A stretch of 64,000 bases of DNA from a bacterium (GTDB taxonomy: Bacteria > UBA8248): contig CBDATS010000004.1 in the NCBI GenBank assembly GCA_965200245.1, positions 992,001 through 1,056,000 on the forward strand, written 5' to 3'. This document shows, in pieces, positions 50,943 through 61,612 of the stretch (position 1 is its first letter; each line of letters begins with the position of its first letter). The notes under the pieces were generated by a model. It made no database searches. It saw only the letters and a program-made list of their open reading frames with translations, and was not told where the DNA came from. Position numbers and translations under genes: made by a program.

Positions 50943-51377
50943 ATGATCAAGCGCCACAACGTCACTCCCGAGAACATGTACAATCGTGTCGTGCGCGGGA
51001 ATCACATGTACACGCCCGTGGTAGTCGTGGAGACCGGGGACCACGCGCACATCTACGTCGCAGGCCAGACCTCGATTCAGCCGAACGGCGACATCGGCGG
51101 AACGGGGGACATGGGCGCTCAAATCCGCATTGTCTGCGAGAAGGTCGCACAAGCGCTCGATTGCGTGGGCGCGACGCTCGACGATGTCGTCCGCACCATC
51201 ACCTATACGACGGACATCGAGGAGTATTACCGCTGCGTGGACGAGCGTTACAAGGTGTTCGACAACCTCCTGCCCACGAACACCCTGCTCGGCGTGAGCC
51301 GCCTCGCCCACATCGACATGGTGGTGGAGATCGAGGCGGAAGCCATCATCGACCTTGACAGGCTGCGGATTCCCTGA
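50943..51377 (+). CDS. Rid (YjgF/YER057c/UK114) family protein
   Basis: IYVAGQ, GDMGAQ, GATLDDVV, PTNTLLGVSRLA, VEIEAEA. GAGGAGG RBS. Confidence 0.88.
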   Translation: MIKRHNVTPENMYNRVVRGNHMYTPVVVVETGDHAHIYVAGQTSIQPNGDIGGTGDMGAQIRIVCEKVAQALDCVGATLDDVVRTITYTTDIEEYYRCVDERYKVFDNLLPTNTLLGVSRLAHIDMVVEIEAEAIIDLDRLRIP

Positions 51378-51393
51378 CGGGCACCGGGCGCAT

Positions 51394-51772
51394 TCAATCG
51401 GGTAGCGTGGCGATGCACTCGACCTCGACGAGCCAGTCGGGGTCGATGAGGCGGGCCACCTCGATGTGGGTGCTCGCCGAACATCTCCAGGCGGACTTCG
51501 TTCATCGCCTTGCGGTTGTCCAGATCCGCGCTGAAAACCGTGACCTTGACGACGTTTTCGAGCCCCGTGCCCGCTTCTTCGAGAATGGTCCGTATATTCG
51601 TGAGAATCCGGCGCATCTGCGCCGCCGGGTCTCCCCTGCCCACCAAGTTTCCCTCGCCGTCCACGGGAACGCAGCCGCTCACGAACAAGAGCGAACCGCC
51701 GGTCACCTGAACCGCCTGATTGTAGACGCCGAGACTCTTGATCTCGGGCGAATTGATGATTCTGACGCTCAT
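51394..51772 (-). pseudogene. Rid family protein, frameshifted
   Basis: MSVRIINSPE...FVSGCV...VVKVTVF...MFGEH, then the expected end ASTHIEVARLIDPDWLVEVECIATLPD* in another frame. Shift near 51470-51478. Confidence 0.85.
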
Positions 51773-52301
51773 ACCCTCCCTCCTCTCACGAATAAAGGAA
51801 CGCGACGCCGCGGAGCAATACGCTAACAGCAATACATGACGGTTGAAAAAAGACTATATCGGATGTGCGTCTCCCGAAAAAAGACTCGACGCGAAGATGC
51901 GCTCCTCCATCTGGACATTCCCGGATCGAAGCCAGTCAAAAACGTGCCTCCCAAAGCCTACAGGGAGGTTAGAAATTACGGTCATTCCAGATGAATAACG
52001 ACTCGACAACCGGATTTCATAGTCGATGATGAGGGCACCTCCACGTATTCGGAGCGCAAGGTGCCGCTGTCCGCATGTACAAACATGACATTCAGAAAAC
52101 GCGATAGAGAATAAGATGTTTCCCGCAATGGAATACGAGAATTCCGACAGAGGCGCGTGTTTCGTGCAGGAGATGGGCTGCGCCCCGTGCAGTCGCTCCT
52201 CCAGCCGGCAGAACATCCTGAAGAATTACGTGTGAGCAATGGAATGAACATCTGTACGGTCACGAAGCGTCATTTGTCATGCTCTGCTTCATGAAGAGCG
52301 T

Positions 52302-53305
52302 TTACATCAGACCCAGAAGTGTGGCCGCCGTGTCTCCCGCTATCGACGTGCGCTCATCCTCGGTCAGGTCTGGTATGGCACCCACCGTACCCATGGGGTT
52401 AAAATCTGCCACCGCGAAGGGATAGTCCGTCCCGAGCATCACACGATCCGCGCCGACCCTTTCGATGACGTAGCGAAGCGCATCTGGGCTGTGCGTGATG
52501 GTGTCGAAATACATACGCTTTAGATACTCGCTCGGGAGGCGTTCGATGACCCCCTGACAGGCGGGCAGCGCCCGCAGCCCGTGGTCAAAACGGCCTTGAA
52601 TCCAAAGCGCCATTCCCCCCGCATGCGACAGGCAAAGCCTGAGTTCCGGGTATTTCTCCAAAGCGCCCGAGAATATCAGGCGCGCGACTGCGAGAGTGGT
52701 TTCTGCGAGAAACCCAATCAGATTGAAGAGATAGTAATCACCCATCCGCTCGCGTCCGGGGGGACGGATGGGATGGATGAGCACGAGCGCGCCGAGCCTC
52801 TCCGCTGTCTCCCAGAACGGAGAAAGTGCCGGATCGTCGAGTTCGCGCTCGCACCGATTTCCACCGAGCGCATTCCGAGTTTCGTGACGGCTCGTTCCAG
52901 TTCCGCTGCCGCTGCTTCGGGATTCTGGAGCGGAACCGTCGCCATCGCGACGAAACGATCCGGTCGCGATTTCTCAAGCGCGTACGCTTCGTCGTTCAGC
53001 AGCCTCGCCATTTCTATTCCGAGAGAATCGGGAAGATCGTACTGGAAAAGAAACGGGGGCGGAGATACAACTTGCCTCTCCACCCCCTGTTTTTCCATGT
53101 CCCGTATCTTCACGTCCACATCGTGAAAGCCTGCGAGCAGGGGAATCAGGCGGTTGTCCCCGAACAGGGCTGGTTCTCCCGAGGGAAGTTTCGTCACATG
53201 GCGACCGTAGGGGTTCCCCTCCTCGCGGACACTTTCGAGATACGCTGGCGGTATGTAGTGGGAATGCAAGTCGATAACCAAGGGTCGTCTCGTCCTTTCT
53301 GTCAA
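52302..53305 (-). pseudogene. ACMSD-like amidohydrolase, frameshifted
   Basis: IDLHSH, ATVPLQ, frame switch near 52845 (EIGAS / ERELDDPALSPFW...LIHP), SHAGG, YFDT, GTDYPF. Confidence 0.88.
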
Positions 53306-53312
53306 TATGCGC

Positions 53313-54119
53313 TCAATCCCCGGGGGGCGCGCCAGCGCCGTGACCGTCTTTTCTGAGCTCTCTCCAGATGTGCGCCCTCAGTTCGGCGAACTCCTTCGTG
53401 CCGCGCACGTCATGGTCCCACCTCGGACGGGGAATACCGACGTACAGGATTTCCGCGATTCTTCCCGGACGGGCAGACATGACGACCACGCGGTCGGCGA
53501 GATAGATGGCTTCGTCGATGCTGTGGGTGATAAAAATGACCGTCTTTTTCTCCTAGTTCCAGATGCGTAACAATTCCTCCTGCATGTATTCCCGCGTCTG
53601 GGCATCAAGCGCGCCGAAGGGCTCGTCCATCAGTATGACTACCGGGTCGATGGCGAGCACCCTCGCGAGCCCGACGCGCTGCTGCATGCCGCCCGAGAGT
53701 TCGTGGGGATAGTAGTGTTCGAACCCGGAAAGACCGACGACATCGATCCACCGCTGGACGATGGGTTTTTGCTGTCTGGGCTCCATGCCCGCAATCTCGA
53801 GCCCGATGGCGACGTTGTCCGCCACCGTCCGCCAAGGGAGTAATCCGAACGTCTGAAACACCATGCCCCTGTCCTGGGCGGGAGCGTCGACCACTCGTCC
53901 ATCGATCAGGATTTCTCCCGCGTCGGCGGGAACCAACCCGTCGATGATGCGCAAGAGTGTCGTCTTCCCGCAGCCACTGGGTCCCACGATGCAGACAAAC
54001 TCCTGGTCTGCCACTTCGAACGATACGTCCCTCAGCGCTTCGACAGCGCTTTCCTCACGCCCGCTGCCTCTTCTCACGAACGTCTTCGAAATGTTTCGGA
54101 TGAGGATTTTCGAACCCAC
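53313..54119 (-). pseudogene. NitT/TauT ABC ATP-binding protein with an internal TAG
   Basis: GPSGCGKTT, LSGGMQQR, DEPFGALD. TAG at 53553-53555, then in frame EKKTVIFITHSIDEAIYLADRVVVMSARPGRI to TGA at 53313. Confidence 0.88.
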
Positions 54120-54128
54120 GAAATCCCC

Positions 54129-55167
54129 TTATTTGCCGCCCAGTTTCTTGAGCACCGCCGCCAGGAACTGGGGTGCTACGTGGTCGTTCGTGATGCGGAA
54201 TCCCTTGTCGTACTGCATCTTCTTGGCTTCGCCCTTCGCGTTATTACCAAACCAGGCGAGACTCTTCTGCAGCGTTTTGAGGAGCGGCGCACCACCGTTT
54301 CGCGGCCACAGCTTATATTTCACGAAGTCCTTGTGCCCCTGCCAAAGAAGCTTCTCGTCGTTGTAAGGCGCGCGTTTCTTGAGGGCGACCGCAAAGCGCT
54401 TGGGGTCATCGTACGCGAGGCGCATCCCCTGAACGGCGGCCGTCACAAGCGCCTGCGCGGTAGCGGGATTTTCTTTCACGAACTTCTGCGTTGCCACCAA
54501 CATGGGGCCGACGACATCAGGGGCGACTTCGCCGAACACTGAAAGCACCTTGTATTTGCCGGTGTTGATCGCCTCGTTCGCGTCGATGAGAGCGGCGACA
54601 GTGGCGTCGAGCTTGCCCGCGAGGAGCGCCGCGATACGGTTCTCACCCCCCCCCCCGTAAGTAGTGCATCTTGTAATCGTTTCTCTTGTAGCCCGAAACC
54701 GCGGCGTAGTAGTCGATAATCGACGCGCTGATGCCCGCGGGGGCGTGGACGGCGACTCTTTTCCCCTTGAGGGCCTTGAGATCATTGATGTCGTTTCTCG
54801 CAATGACGCCCCAGACGAGTTTCTGCTCGGAGACGGCGAGCGAAACGAGTTTCGCCCCCTTGGCGACCACCCGGGCAAATACGGAGAATGTCAGGTAACC
54901 GACATCCACCTTGCCGGATGCCAGCGCTCTCGCCACAGAGCCCTGGCCTTTCAGGATCACGGGCTTGACCGTGGTATCCTTCATGAACAGGTCCCAGCCG
55001 ACGACCATCGCGCCTTTTTCCATATCCAGCCCGGCGGGGTAGACGACGTTTATCGTCTTGGCCGCGTGGACAGGAGCGGACGTCGAAACGAGCAGAAGGC
55101 CCAGGGCCATCACCGCCACCGTGCAGAACAGACCGAACCGGGTTTTGATTCTTGCAAGATGTCTCAT
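54129..55167 (-). pseudogene. SsuA/NMT1-like substrate-binding protein frameshifted in a G11 tract
   Basis: Signal peptide, LKGKRVAVH. HYLR-G11 (54646-54656) shifts frame. G10 or G7 would restore ...GENRIAALLAGKLDAT. Confidence 0.85.
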
Positions 55168-55246
55168 TTCTTTCCCTCCTTGAGTTTGAAATCGGAAAAG
55201 ATGCCTTCTTACAAAAACGCTCCGCAACTACTGCGGTTCGATGCGT

Positions 55247-56101
55247 CTATCCCTCTGCAGGCGTGGGAGCCGTGCGTGCATTACCCTCGAATCCCCCCCG
55301 GATGGTGCTCGTCTCCTTCCAGGGGAACAGGCGACTTTCCATCGCCTTGATGAGGCGCACCGACCCCACGCCAAGCATCACGATGACCACCAGGACGGCG
55401 AAGATCACATCCGTACGGAACACCGCGCTGTAGGTAACGATCATCCCACCGAGACCCGTTGTCGCGAGGAGCAACTCCGCGATCACCATGCCGCGAATCG
55501 CTCGCCCCAGCCCCAATCGAACGCCGGACATAACGAAAGGAGCGGCGGCAGGGAGGATCACCTTGAGAAAAATCTGCTTCTGGGTCGCGCCTAGCGAGCG
55601 GACGGGCTCCACGAGTTCATAGCGTACGTCGCGCACGCCGTTGAATGTGTTGATGACGATGTCGAAGAAACAGAACGAGAACACGACGACGACGCGCGCC
55701 TCGATGCCAATCCCGAACCAGATGATGATCATGGGGATCAGGGCGGAGACGGGCGTGACGAAAAAAGCGGCGATGTACGGTTCGAAGAAACGCTCGACGG
55801 ACTCGAACCGGCCCATGAGCATCCCCAGCGGTATCGCCGTCGCCATTGCAAAGGCGAACCCCACCGCGAACGCTTGCAGGCTCACCATGAGCGCGAAGAG
55901 CAACTCGCCCGAGAGTACCACCTCGTTCAGCGCGGCGACGACCTGCGTAGGACCGGCGAGAAAAAGCGGACCAACGACATGACCCGTTACCTCCCAGGCG
56001 ATCAGCGCGAACAGGTAGGAAGTGCCACGTATCAGTCGATCCCGCGACCAGTACTCGCGACGGAAAAGGATGAATCCTGCCTCTCCCTTATCGGCCTTCA
56101 T
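55247..56101 (-). CDS. NitT/TauT family ABC transporter permease
   Basis: AWEV...LAGPT, PVSALIPMIIIWFGIG, SLGAT...VILPAAAP, GLGGMI. Confidence 0.9.
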   Translation of the reverse strand: MKADKGEAGFILFRREYWSRDRLIRGTSYLFALIAWEVTGHVVGPLFLAGPTQVVAALNEVVLSGELLFALMVSLQAFAVGFAFAMATAIPLGMLMGRFESVERFFEPYIAAFFVTPVSALIPMIIIWFGIGIEARVVVVFSFCFFDIVINTFNGVRDVRYELVEPVRSLGATQKQIFLKVILPAAAPFVMSGVRLGLGRAIRGMVIAELLLATTGLGGMIVTYSAVFRTDVIFAVLVVIVMLGVGSVRLIKAMESRLFPWKETSTIRGGFEGNARTAPTPAEG

Positions 56102-56223
56102 CGGCGCGATTCCTCTCGGACTCCGCACAGCCTGGATAATGGCCCACTTATTATGTTGTAAGCGACTTGCACGTAGAGTATATCATTCTCCGCTCGCCCA
56201 CAATTCGAATCGGGGTTCCTCCG

Positions 56224-56247
56224 AAAAGCCGGAGTTCGCGCTCCGGC
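56224..56247 (-). terminator. Intrinsic terminator after the LVIVD gene
   Basis: Minus strand GCCGGAG-CGCGAA-CTCCGGC-TTTT, 14 nt after the inferred TAG at 56261. Confidence 0.65.
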
Positions 56248-56260
56248 GCACAACGCGTAT

Positions 56261-57414
56261 CTAGTTCCCGACCCACTCAAGGATGTCGTACCCGCCGTTC
56301 CTGTCCACGATATGATAGAGGCCGTCGACATCCTGAACACGTCGTTCGTCTGAGTGGCTTCGTAACCCTTACCGGGTTCGGGGATGTAGTAGCTGACCTC
56401 TTCCACGCTCCATGGATCGGAGATGTCGACCATGCGCAAACCGCCCCCGAACCAGGCCACGGCGAAACGGGTCTGCTCACCGTAAATTTGCTCCTGGGGT
56501 TGGTGGCAACCGTACCAGAACTTTGGATCGTAGGGTTCATCATCCTTGCGTGCGCGATAGGTAGCAATGGGGACGGGGTTTGTCTCCTCGGTAACGTCGA
56601 CGATCCACAAAAAGGCGTTGGGCGTAGGCGCCAGCCTGTCGGAGACTTCCTCGTCGTTCACGATGAGAATTTTCCGACCCTTGATCGTATACGGCAGGGG
56701 CATCGCCGTGTGGGTGGGGCACGGATAGGGCGGACTCCAGTCGACATGGACGATGGGTTTGGGCTTCGAGAGGTCCGTTACGTCGTGAATGTACCATCCG
56801 TGATGCCACCATCCACTGTAGAGGCGGTTCCCAAGCCGGAACGGGTGGTGACAGCGCACGCGCCTGCCTTCGGGCAAAGGCTCCTCTCCGCCGCCCACCC
56901 ATTGGCCGGGCACCCACCAGAGCGCGGTGTACTCGGGTTTTTCGGGTTCCTTCAAATCCAGGATGCCCAGTATGTTGCCCACGTATCCCTCGGGTGCCGG
57001 CGAACCGTAGCAATAGCGCCCATCGAAGGTGAACCGGTGGTAACCCCATTCACCTGCTTCCACGAACGCTATTTCGCGGGGGTTCGTTTTGTCCGAGATG
57101 TCGAATATCTTGAGGCCGCCCCTGGGCGTTTCCGGCCCTTCATAGAAACGGAACTTCTCGTAGTTCACCAACATCAGGTCCCCGTCCACGCGAACCTTGT
57201 GCGAGTGGATGTTGGGCGGGACTTCCAGACGGCAGGCCACTATGGGATTCCTGCGGTCCGAAATGTCCAGTATGGTCGTGCCGTCGGGCGGGCGCATGTG
57301 GGAAAGATACGCGTAGTGTCCCTCCACGACCACCTGACCCGCACCCGGCATGTTGTCGATTCGAGCTACCGACCTGAAGCCCTTGTTCAGTCCGAACGGT
57401 CCGTATTTCGCCAT
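56261..57414 (-). CDS. LVIVD-repeat (beta-propeller) protein with a 1-nt frameshift near the C-terminus
   Basis: Repeats ILDISDRRNP, IFDISDKTNP, ILDLKEPEKP, IHDVTDLSKP, IVDVTEETNP, MVDISDP. The end QDVDGLYHIVDRNGGYDILEWVGN* lies in a shifted frame (shift near 56335). Confidence 0.85.
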
Positions 57415-57488
57415 CTCCTGCTCCTCTGGATATATTTCCTTGCACCAATACGGGGCGCGTGACGTCCCTATGAAGAAAAGCCGTACGG

Positions 57489-58493
57489 CTATTCCGAACC
57501 GACCCGGAACAGGCGCGCGGCGTTTTTCCAGAAAATCTGCTCTTTTGTCTTCTCGTCAAATTCCCTGGACGCAAGTATCGTCTCTGCGCTCTGGCACATG
57601 TTCTGCGCACCGAAAAACGGATCGTCGCTGCCGTAGAGAACCTTCTCCGCGCCAAGGAGCCCGGTGGTGTATTCCAGAGGCGCGAGGTGATATGCGATGG
57701 CATCGATATGAAACCGCGCGAAGTAATCCCTTGGCTCCCCCCATTTCCATTCGCCTGCGAACATCCGGAAACCCTCGCTCAATCGGCCCCAGAGGAAGGG
57801 AATCGTTCCGCCCATGTGGGAGAGCATCATCTGAAGGCCCGGCAAATCCGGGAGAATACCGCTCAGAACGAGGCGCGAGGCCGCCAGGGTGGTATCCATC
57901 ACAAAGCCCACCGTGACATCAAGGCGATAGTCGCGCAGGCGCAGACCTTCAGGTCCGGGGCGCGGCATGGGGTGCACGAAGAGCGGAAGGTCCATCTCCG
58001 CCGCCGCCTCGTAAAACGGGATGAACTCGGGAGAATCGATGTCCTTCGTCCCGACGGTGGTGGGAATCATCGCGCCCCGAGCATCCAAATCGCGCGCGGC
58101 GCGTTCGAGTTCCGAAACGGCAGTGTCCACGTCCTGAAGGGGTACGGCGGCGAGAGCGACGAAATGCTCCGGATAACGCCGGACGACACGTGCCATCTCG
58201 TCGTTAAACGCACGGCAAAGTTCCGCTCCGAGTTCCGGTTCGGCCCAATAGACCATCGGCGGGCCCAGGGAGATGACCTGCATGTCCACTCCCGAGGCGG
58301 CCATCTGTTCCAAGCGAAAGTCCAGATCGAAAAAATCGCGGGAGAAGGTGAAGAATTCACGCCCTGCCACGACGAGCCTGCGTTCTCCGTTCGCGCCCTC
58401 TCGCCTGACCTCGATGGCGTGGTTATCACCCTGTCCCTCGATAAGGCCCAGGAAACGATCCGGGTAGAAATGCGCGTGAGCGTCGATTCTCAT
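57489..58493 (-). CDS. ACMSD-like amidohydrolase (intact)
   Basis: MRIDAHAH, AAVPLQD, FVHP, SHMGG, YGSDDPF, NAARLF. Confidence 0.9.
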   Translation of the reverse strand: MRIDAHAHFYPDRFLGLIEGQGDNHAIEVRREGANGERRLVVAGREFFTFSRDFFDLDFRLEQMAASGVDMQVISLGPPMVYWAEPELGAELCRAFNDEMARVVRRYPEHFVALAAVPLQDVDTAVSELERAARDLDARGAMIPTTVGTKDIDSPEFIPFYEAAAEMDLPLFVHPMPRPGPEGLRLRDYRLDVTVGFVMDTTLAASRLVLSGILPDLPGLQMMLSHMGGTIPFLWGRLSEGFRMFAGEWKWGEPRDYFARFHIDAIAYHLAPLEYTTGLLGAEKVLYGSDDPFFGAQNMCQSAETILASREFDEKTKEQIFWKNAARLFRVGSE

Positions 58494-59422
58494 CGAACGC
58501 TCAACGCCCGGTAAACATTCCTGACGTTCCAGGGCATCCACTCCGGGTACCGGGGAAGATGTTTGTAATCGGCGAGTCTTACGCGCGCGACTGCCTCGTC
58601 CTCGCTCATGCCCTCCCTGAGTGCGTCTGAGACGCCGCCCCGAAGAGCGGCGAGCATGTCGCGGAAATCGGCGATTTCCTTCAAGCCCACGGGCTTTCCG
58701 TGTCCCGGAATCACCTGCCCGATGTTCAGTCCACAGACATATTTCAGTGCCGATATCCACCCGTCCACATCGCCGTCCCCAAGCCACGGGAAGCGACCGA
58801 CGAAGAGCAGGTCGCCCACGAAAACGATACCGTCCTCTGGGAGATAGGCGATGACGTCTCCGTCGCAGTGGGCGGGACCCAAGTATTCCAGTGAGATGGA
58901 GCGCTGCTCCAGATGGAAGGTGAACCGATCGGCAAAAGTTTGCGTGGGCGGCGCGGCGACGTAGGCCGCGCATTCCGGCCCGCCGAGCCTGCCCCGGAAC
59001 CACTCCCAAGCGGGGTCCCCGGCGGGAATGAGCTCGGTAATGTCAGGCCCGAACATACACGCGACCTTTGTCTCGAAATCGGTGAAGGAATCTCCCCGCG
59101 TCACGTCCGCACCCAAGACCTCGCGGAATTTATCGAGTGTAATTTCGTGTGCGAGGACTGGCGCGTCCGAGGCGAACACCGAACCTCCCGCCGAGTGGTC
59201 GAGATGATAGTGCGTCAGCGCGAGACATTGAAAAGAGTGCTCGCCCGTCGCTTCCAAAGCAGAGCGGAACTTCTCCGCCAGGGGGATGTGTTGCTGCGCG
59301 TCGAGTACTATCCAGCCCTCGGATGTGGAGAACGCACCTGCATTCGAGTCTCCACCCTCTCCGATGAACGCATAAACGTCCTCGGCGAGGGTGATGAGTC
59401 CCGCATCAGAATCTTTCGCCAT
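58490..59422 (-). CDS. Metallo-beta-lactamase fold hydrolase (cyclase-like)
   Basis: SNAG, THYHLDH, PAHCDGD, GDLL, IPGHG. ATG 59422 after AGGAG. Confidence 0.88.
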   Translation of the reverse strand: MAKDSDAGLITLAEDVYAFIGEGGDSNAGAFSTSEGWIVLDAQQHIPLAEKFRSALEATGEHSFQCLALTHYHLDHSAGGSVFASDAPVLAHEITLDKFREVLGADVTRGDSFTDFETKVACMFGPDITELIPAGDPAWEWFRGRLGGPECAAYVAAPPTQTFADRFTFHLEQRSISLEYLGPAHCDGDVIAYLPEDGIVFVGDLLFVGRFPWLGDGDVDGWISALKYVCGLNIGQVIPGHGKPVGLKEIADFRDMLAALRGGVSDALREGMSEDEAVARVRLADYKHLPRYPEWMPWNVRNVYRALSVR

Positions 59423-60107
59423 ATCAGCTCCTTGGTATCTGGCATAGCCTTCCTGCCACGCAGCGAAGGTGGCATTCAATGTCGCTGTTGCTGATAGCGT
59501 CATTAATCCCTTGCGTGTACCGAGCCTTCTGTATTGGCAGTGAAATCAATGCACCAAATTGACGTTATCCCTAATATACATTTTCTCAAGTCTGGATCGG
59601 TATTTGCTCTTTGTAACATGAAATCAAAACGAAAGCGGGTCGCGAAAAGTCTTTGGAAAAGGATTGTTTTGCAGGAATATCAACATGAAACTTCACGAGC
59701 AGCAAGAACGCCTCTCCGCACAAAACAGGAGGAAACCGAAGGGAATGATACGGTGAAAAATCCTGATACGGAGGTGGCAAGGAACTGTGTAATTCCGATG
59801 CATTTCGTCACGAAAACGTCATTCTCGTTTGATGATCTCCTCACACTGTTCATCACCCAAGAGGATGAGGAACCGGGGAAGGCGTTTGGGCCAAACTTTG
59901 CAGGACAGTCTGACAGGGGCCCGCCAGAATGCGCGGGAATTTGAATCGACCCGTTTTCGGTTTGATTGCACTTTCTGGAAAGCAGGTTCGATCGAGATTA
60001 ACTGTATCATTAAATATAATAATTACAATATGATAGCGGGAATCCAGTGCCGATGAAAATTGCTCGAAATATCCGAATGCCAATGCCATCCGTTAAATAG
60101 CAGTATT

Positions 60108-60187
60108 ATTCACCGCATTTCGTGCGGTCATTTTACTTGCTTATGCAGTGAATAGAGGGAATAATCACCGCAAACAATACGGTGAAT
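60108..60187. promoter_or_regulatory. Repeated palindromic operator-like sites upstream of the Fic gene
   Basis: ATTCACCGCA-N5-TGCGGTCATT (60108-60132), half-site TGCAGTGAAT (60144-60153), AATCACCGCA-N5-TACGGTGAAT (60163-60187). Confidence 0.6.
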
Positions 60188-60190
60188 AAT

Positions 60191-61291
60191 ATGTGGATAT
60201 ACGAACACAATAGCTGGCCGGACTTCACCTGGGACGACCGAAAGCTCGCCGAAGTTCGGCATTGTCAGGGTCGTCTGCTCGGCAGGATGGAAGGGTTGGG
60301 TTTTGAACTCAGGCTTGAGGCAAGCCTCAGGATGCTGACGAATGATGTGGTGAAGTCATCAGCTATCGAGGAAGAGCACCTGAGCCCTCAAGAGGTGCGC
60401 TCATCCATCGCCCGACGCCTGGGCATGGATGTTGCCGGGCTTGCTTCACCGAGCCGTGATGTCGAGGGCATTGTGGAAATGATGCTTGATGCAACACAGC
60501 AATTTCCCGAACCCCTGACAAGAGAGCGTTTGTTTGATTGGCATGCAGCGCTGTTTCCGGCAGGCCGAAGCGGGATTCGTCGTATTGTGGTTGGAGGTTG
60601 GCGCACCGCCGAAACCGGTCCCATGCAGGTTGTTTCCGGCCCGATTGAACATGAAAAGATTCATTTCGAAGCACCGAATCCGGAGTGCCTGTAACATGAG
60701 ATGGGGGCGTTTCTGGAATGGTTCGAGGGTGAAAACAGTATCGATCCTGTTCTGAAAGCCAGCATTGCTCATCTGTGGTTTGTCACGATCCATCCCTTCG
60801 AGGATGGCAACGGCCGCATTGCAAGAGCCATAACTGATATGGCCTTGGCGCGTTCAGACGGCACGACGGATCGTTTCTATAGCCTTTCCACACAAATGGA
60901 ATCCGAGCGCAAGGATTATTACGCTCAACTGGAAAAACAACAACGCAGCACACCGGAAATAACGGGCTGGCATGAATGGTTCCTCGATTGCCTGGGCCGC
61001 GCAATCAGCAATGCGGGTAACACATTGCGCAACGTTCTGTTCAAGGCGCAGCTTTTGGGAAAAATGAACCAGCAGCCTGTCAACGACCGCCAGCGACTGA
61101 TTGTGAATCGTATGCTCGAGGATGACTTCGAGGGGCATATGCAGACTTCGAAATACGCCAGACTGGCGAAGTGCTCTGCAGATACGGCCCTGCGGGATAT
61201 TCAGGATTTAAAAGCCCACGGGATATTTATCCAGAATCCCGGTGCCGGACGGAGTACGAGCTATCGCTTGCCGAATCGCCTTTCAGGTTAA
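60191..61291 (+). pseudogene. Fic family protein (DUF4172-like N-terminus, C-terminal HTH) with an internal TAA
   Basis: MWIYEHNSWPDFTW, HPFEDGNGRIAR, SKYARLAKCSADTALRDI. In-frame TAA at 60692-60694 precedes the Fic motif. Confidence 0.9.
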
Positions 61292-61612
61292 GTCCTCAAT
61301 TTGATTCAGAAGTTCAAAACCACCGGAGGCGAAACGTGATGGCTGGCACCGTCAACAAGCGCATCCGAATCGACGAGCAGGCCTAGCGTCACCAATTTCC
61401 ATTTGCGGTTCAATTCTTCCTTGCTGGGCATCTTGTTTCCCCACTTCGGCTTCCTGTCAACCTTGGACAATATCAATTGGGAATTATATTTTCACCTTTA
61501 TAAATACCGGCTTTCAGGAAACTGTATGTTGGCGGGTGGAGCCAGACCGGCAACATCGGGAATTTCGGTGGCAGGTTCCGTTATCTGTTTCCGGTACTTC
61601 GTCGAAGGTCGC

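Noticed and set aside
59534-59944. 136-aa ORF in the lower-GC spacer
   Set aside because: TTG start without RBS and no family features. It overlaps the probable promoter region of the MBL operon.
61337-61386. Short MAGTVNKRIRIDEQA* frame with a GGAGG RBS, like a ribbon-helix-helix antitoxin start
   Set aside because: Only 15 codons with no supportable continuation.
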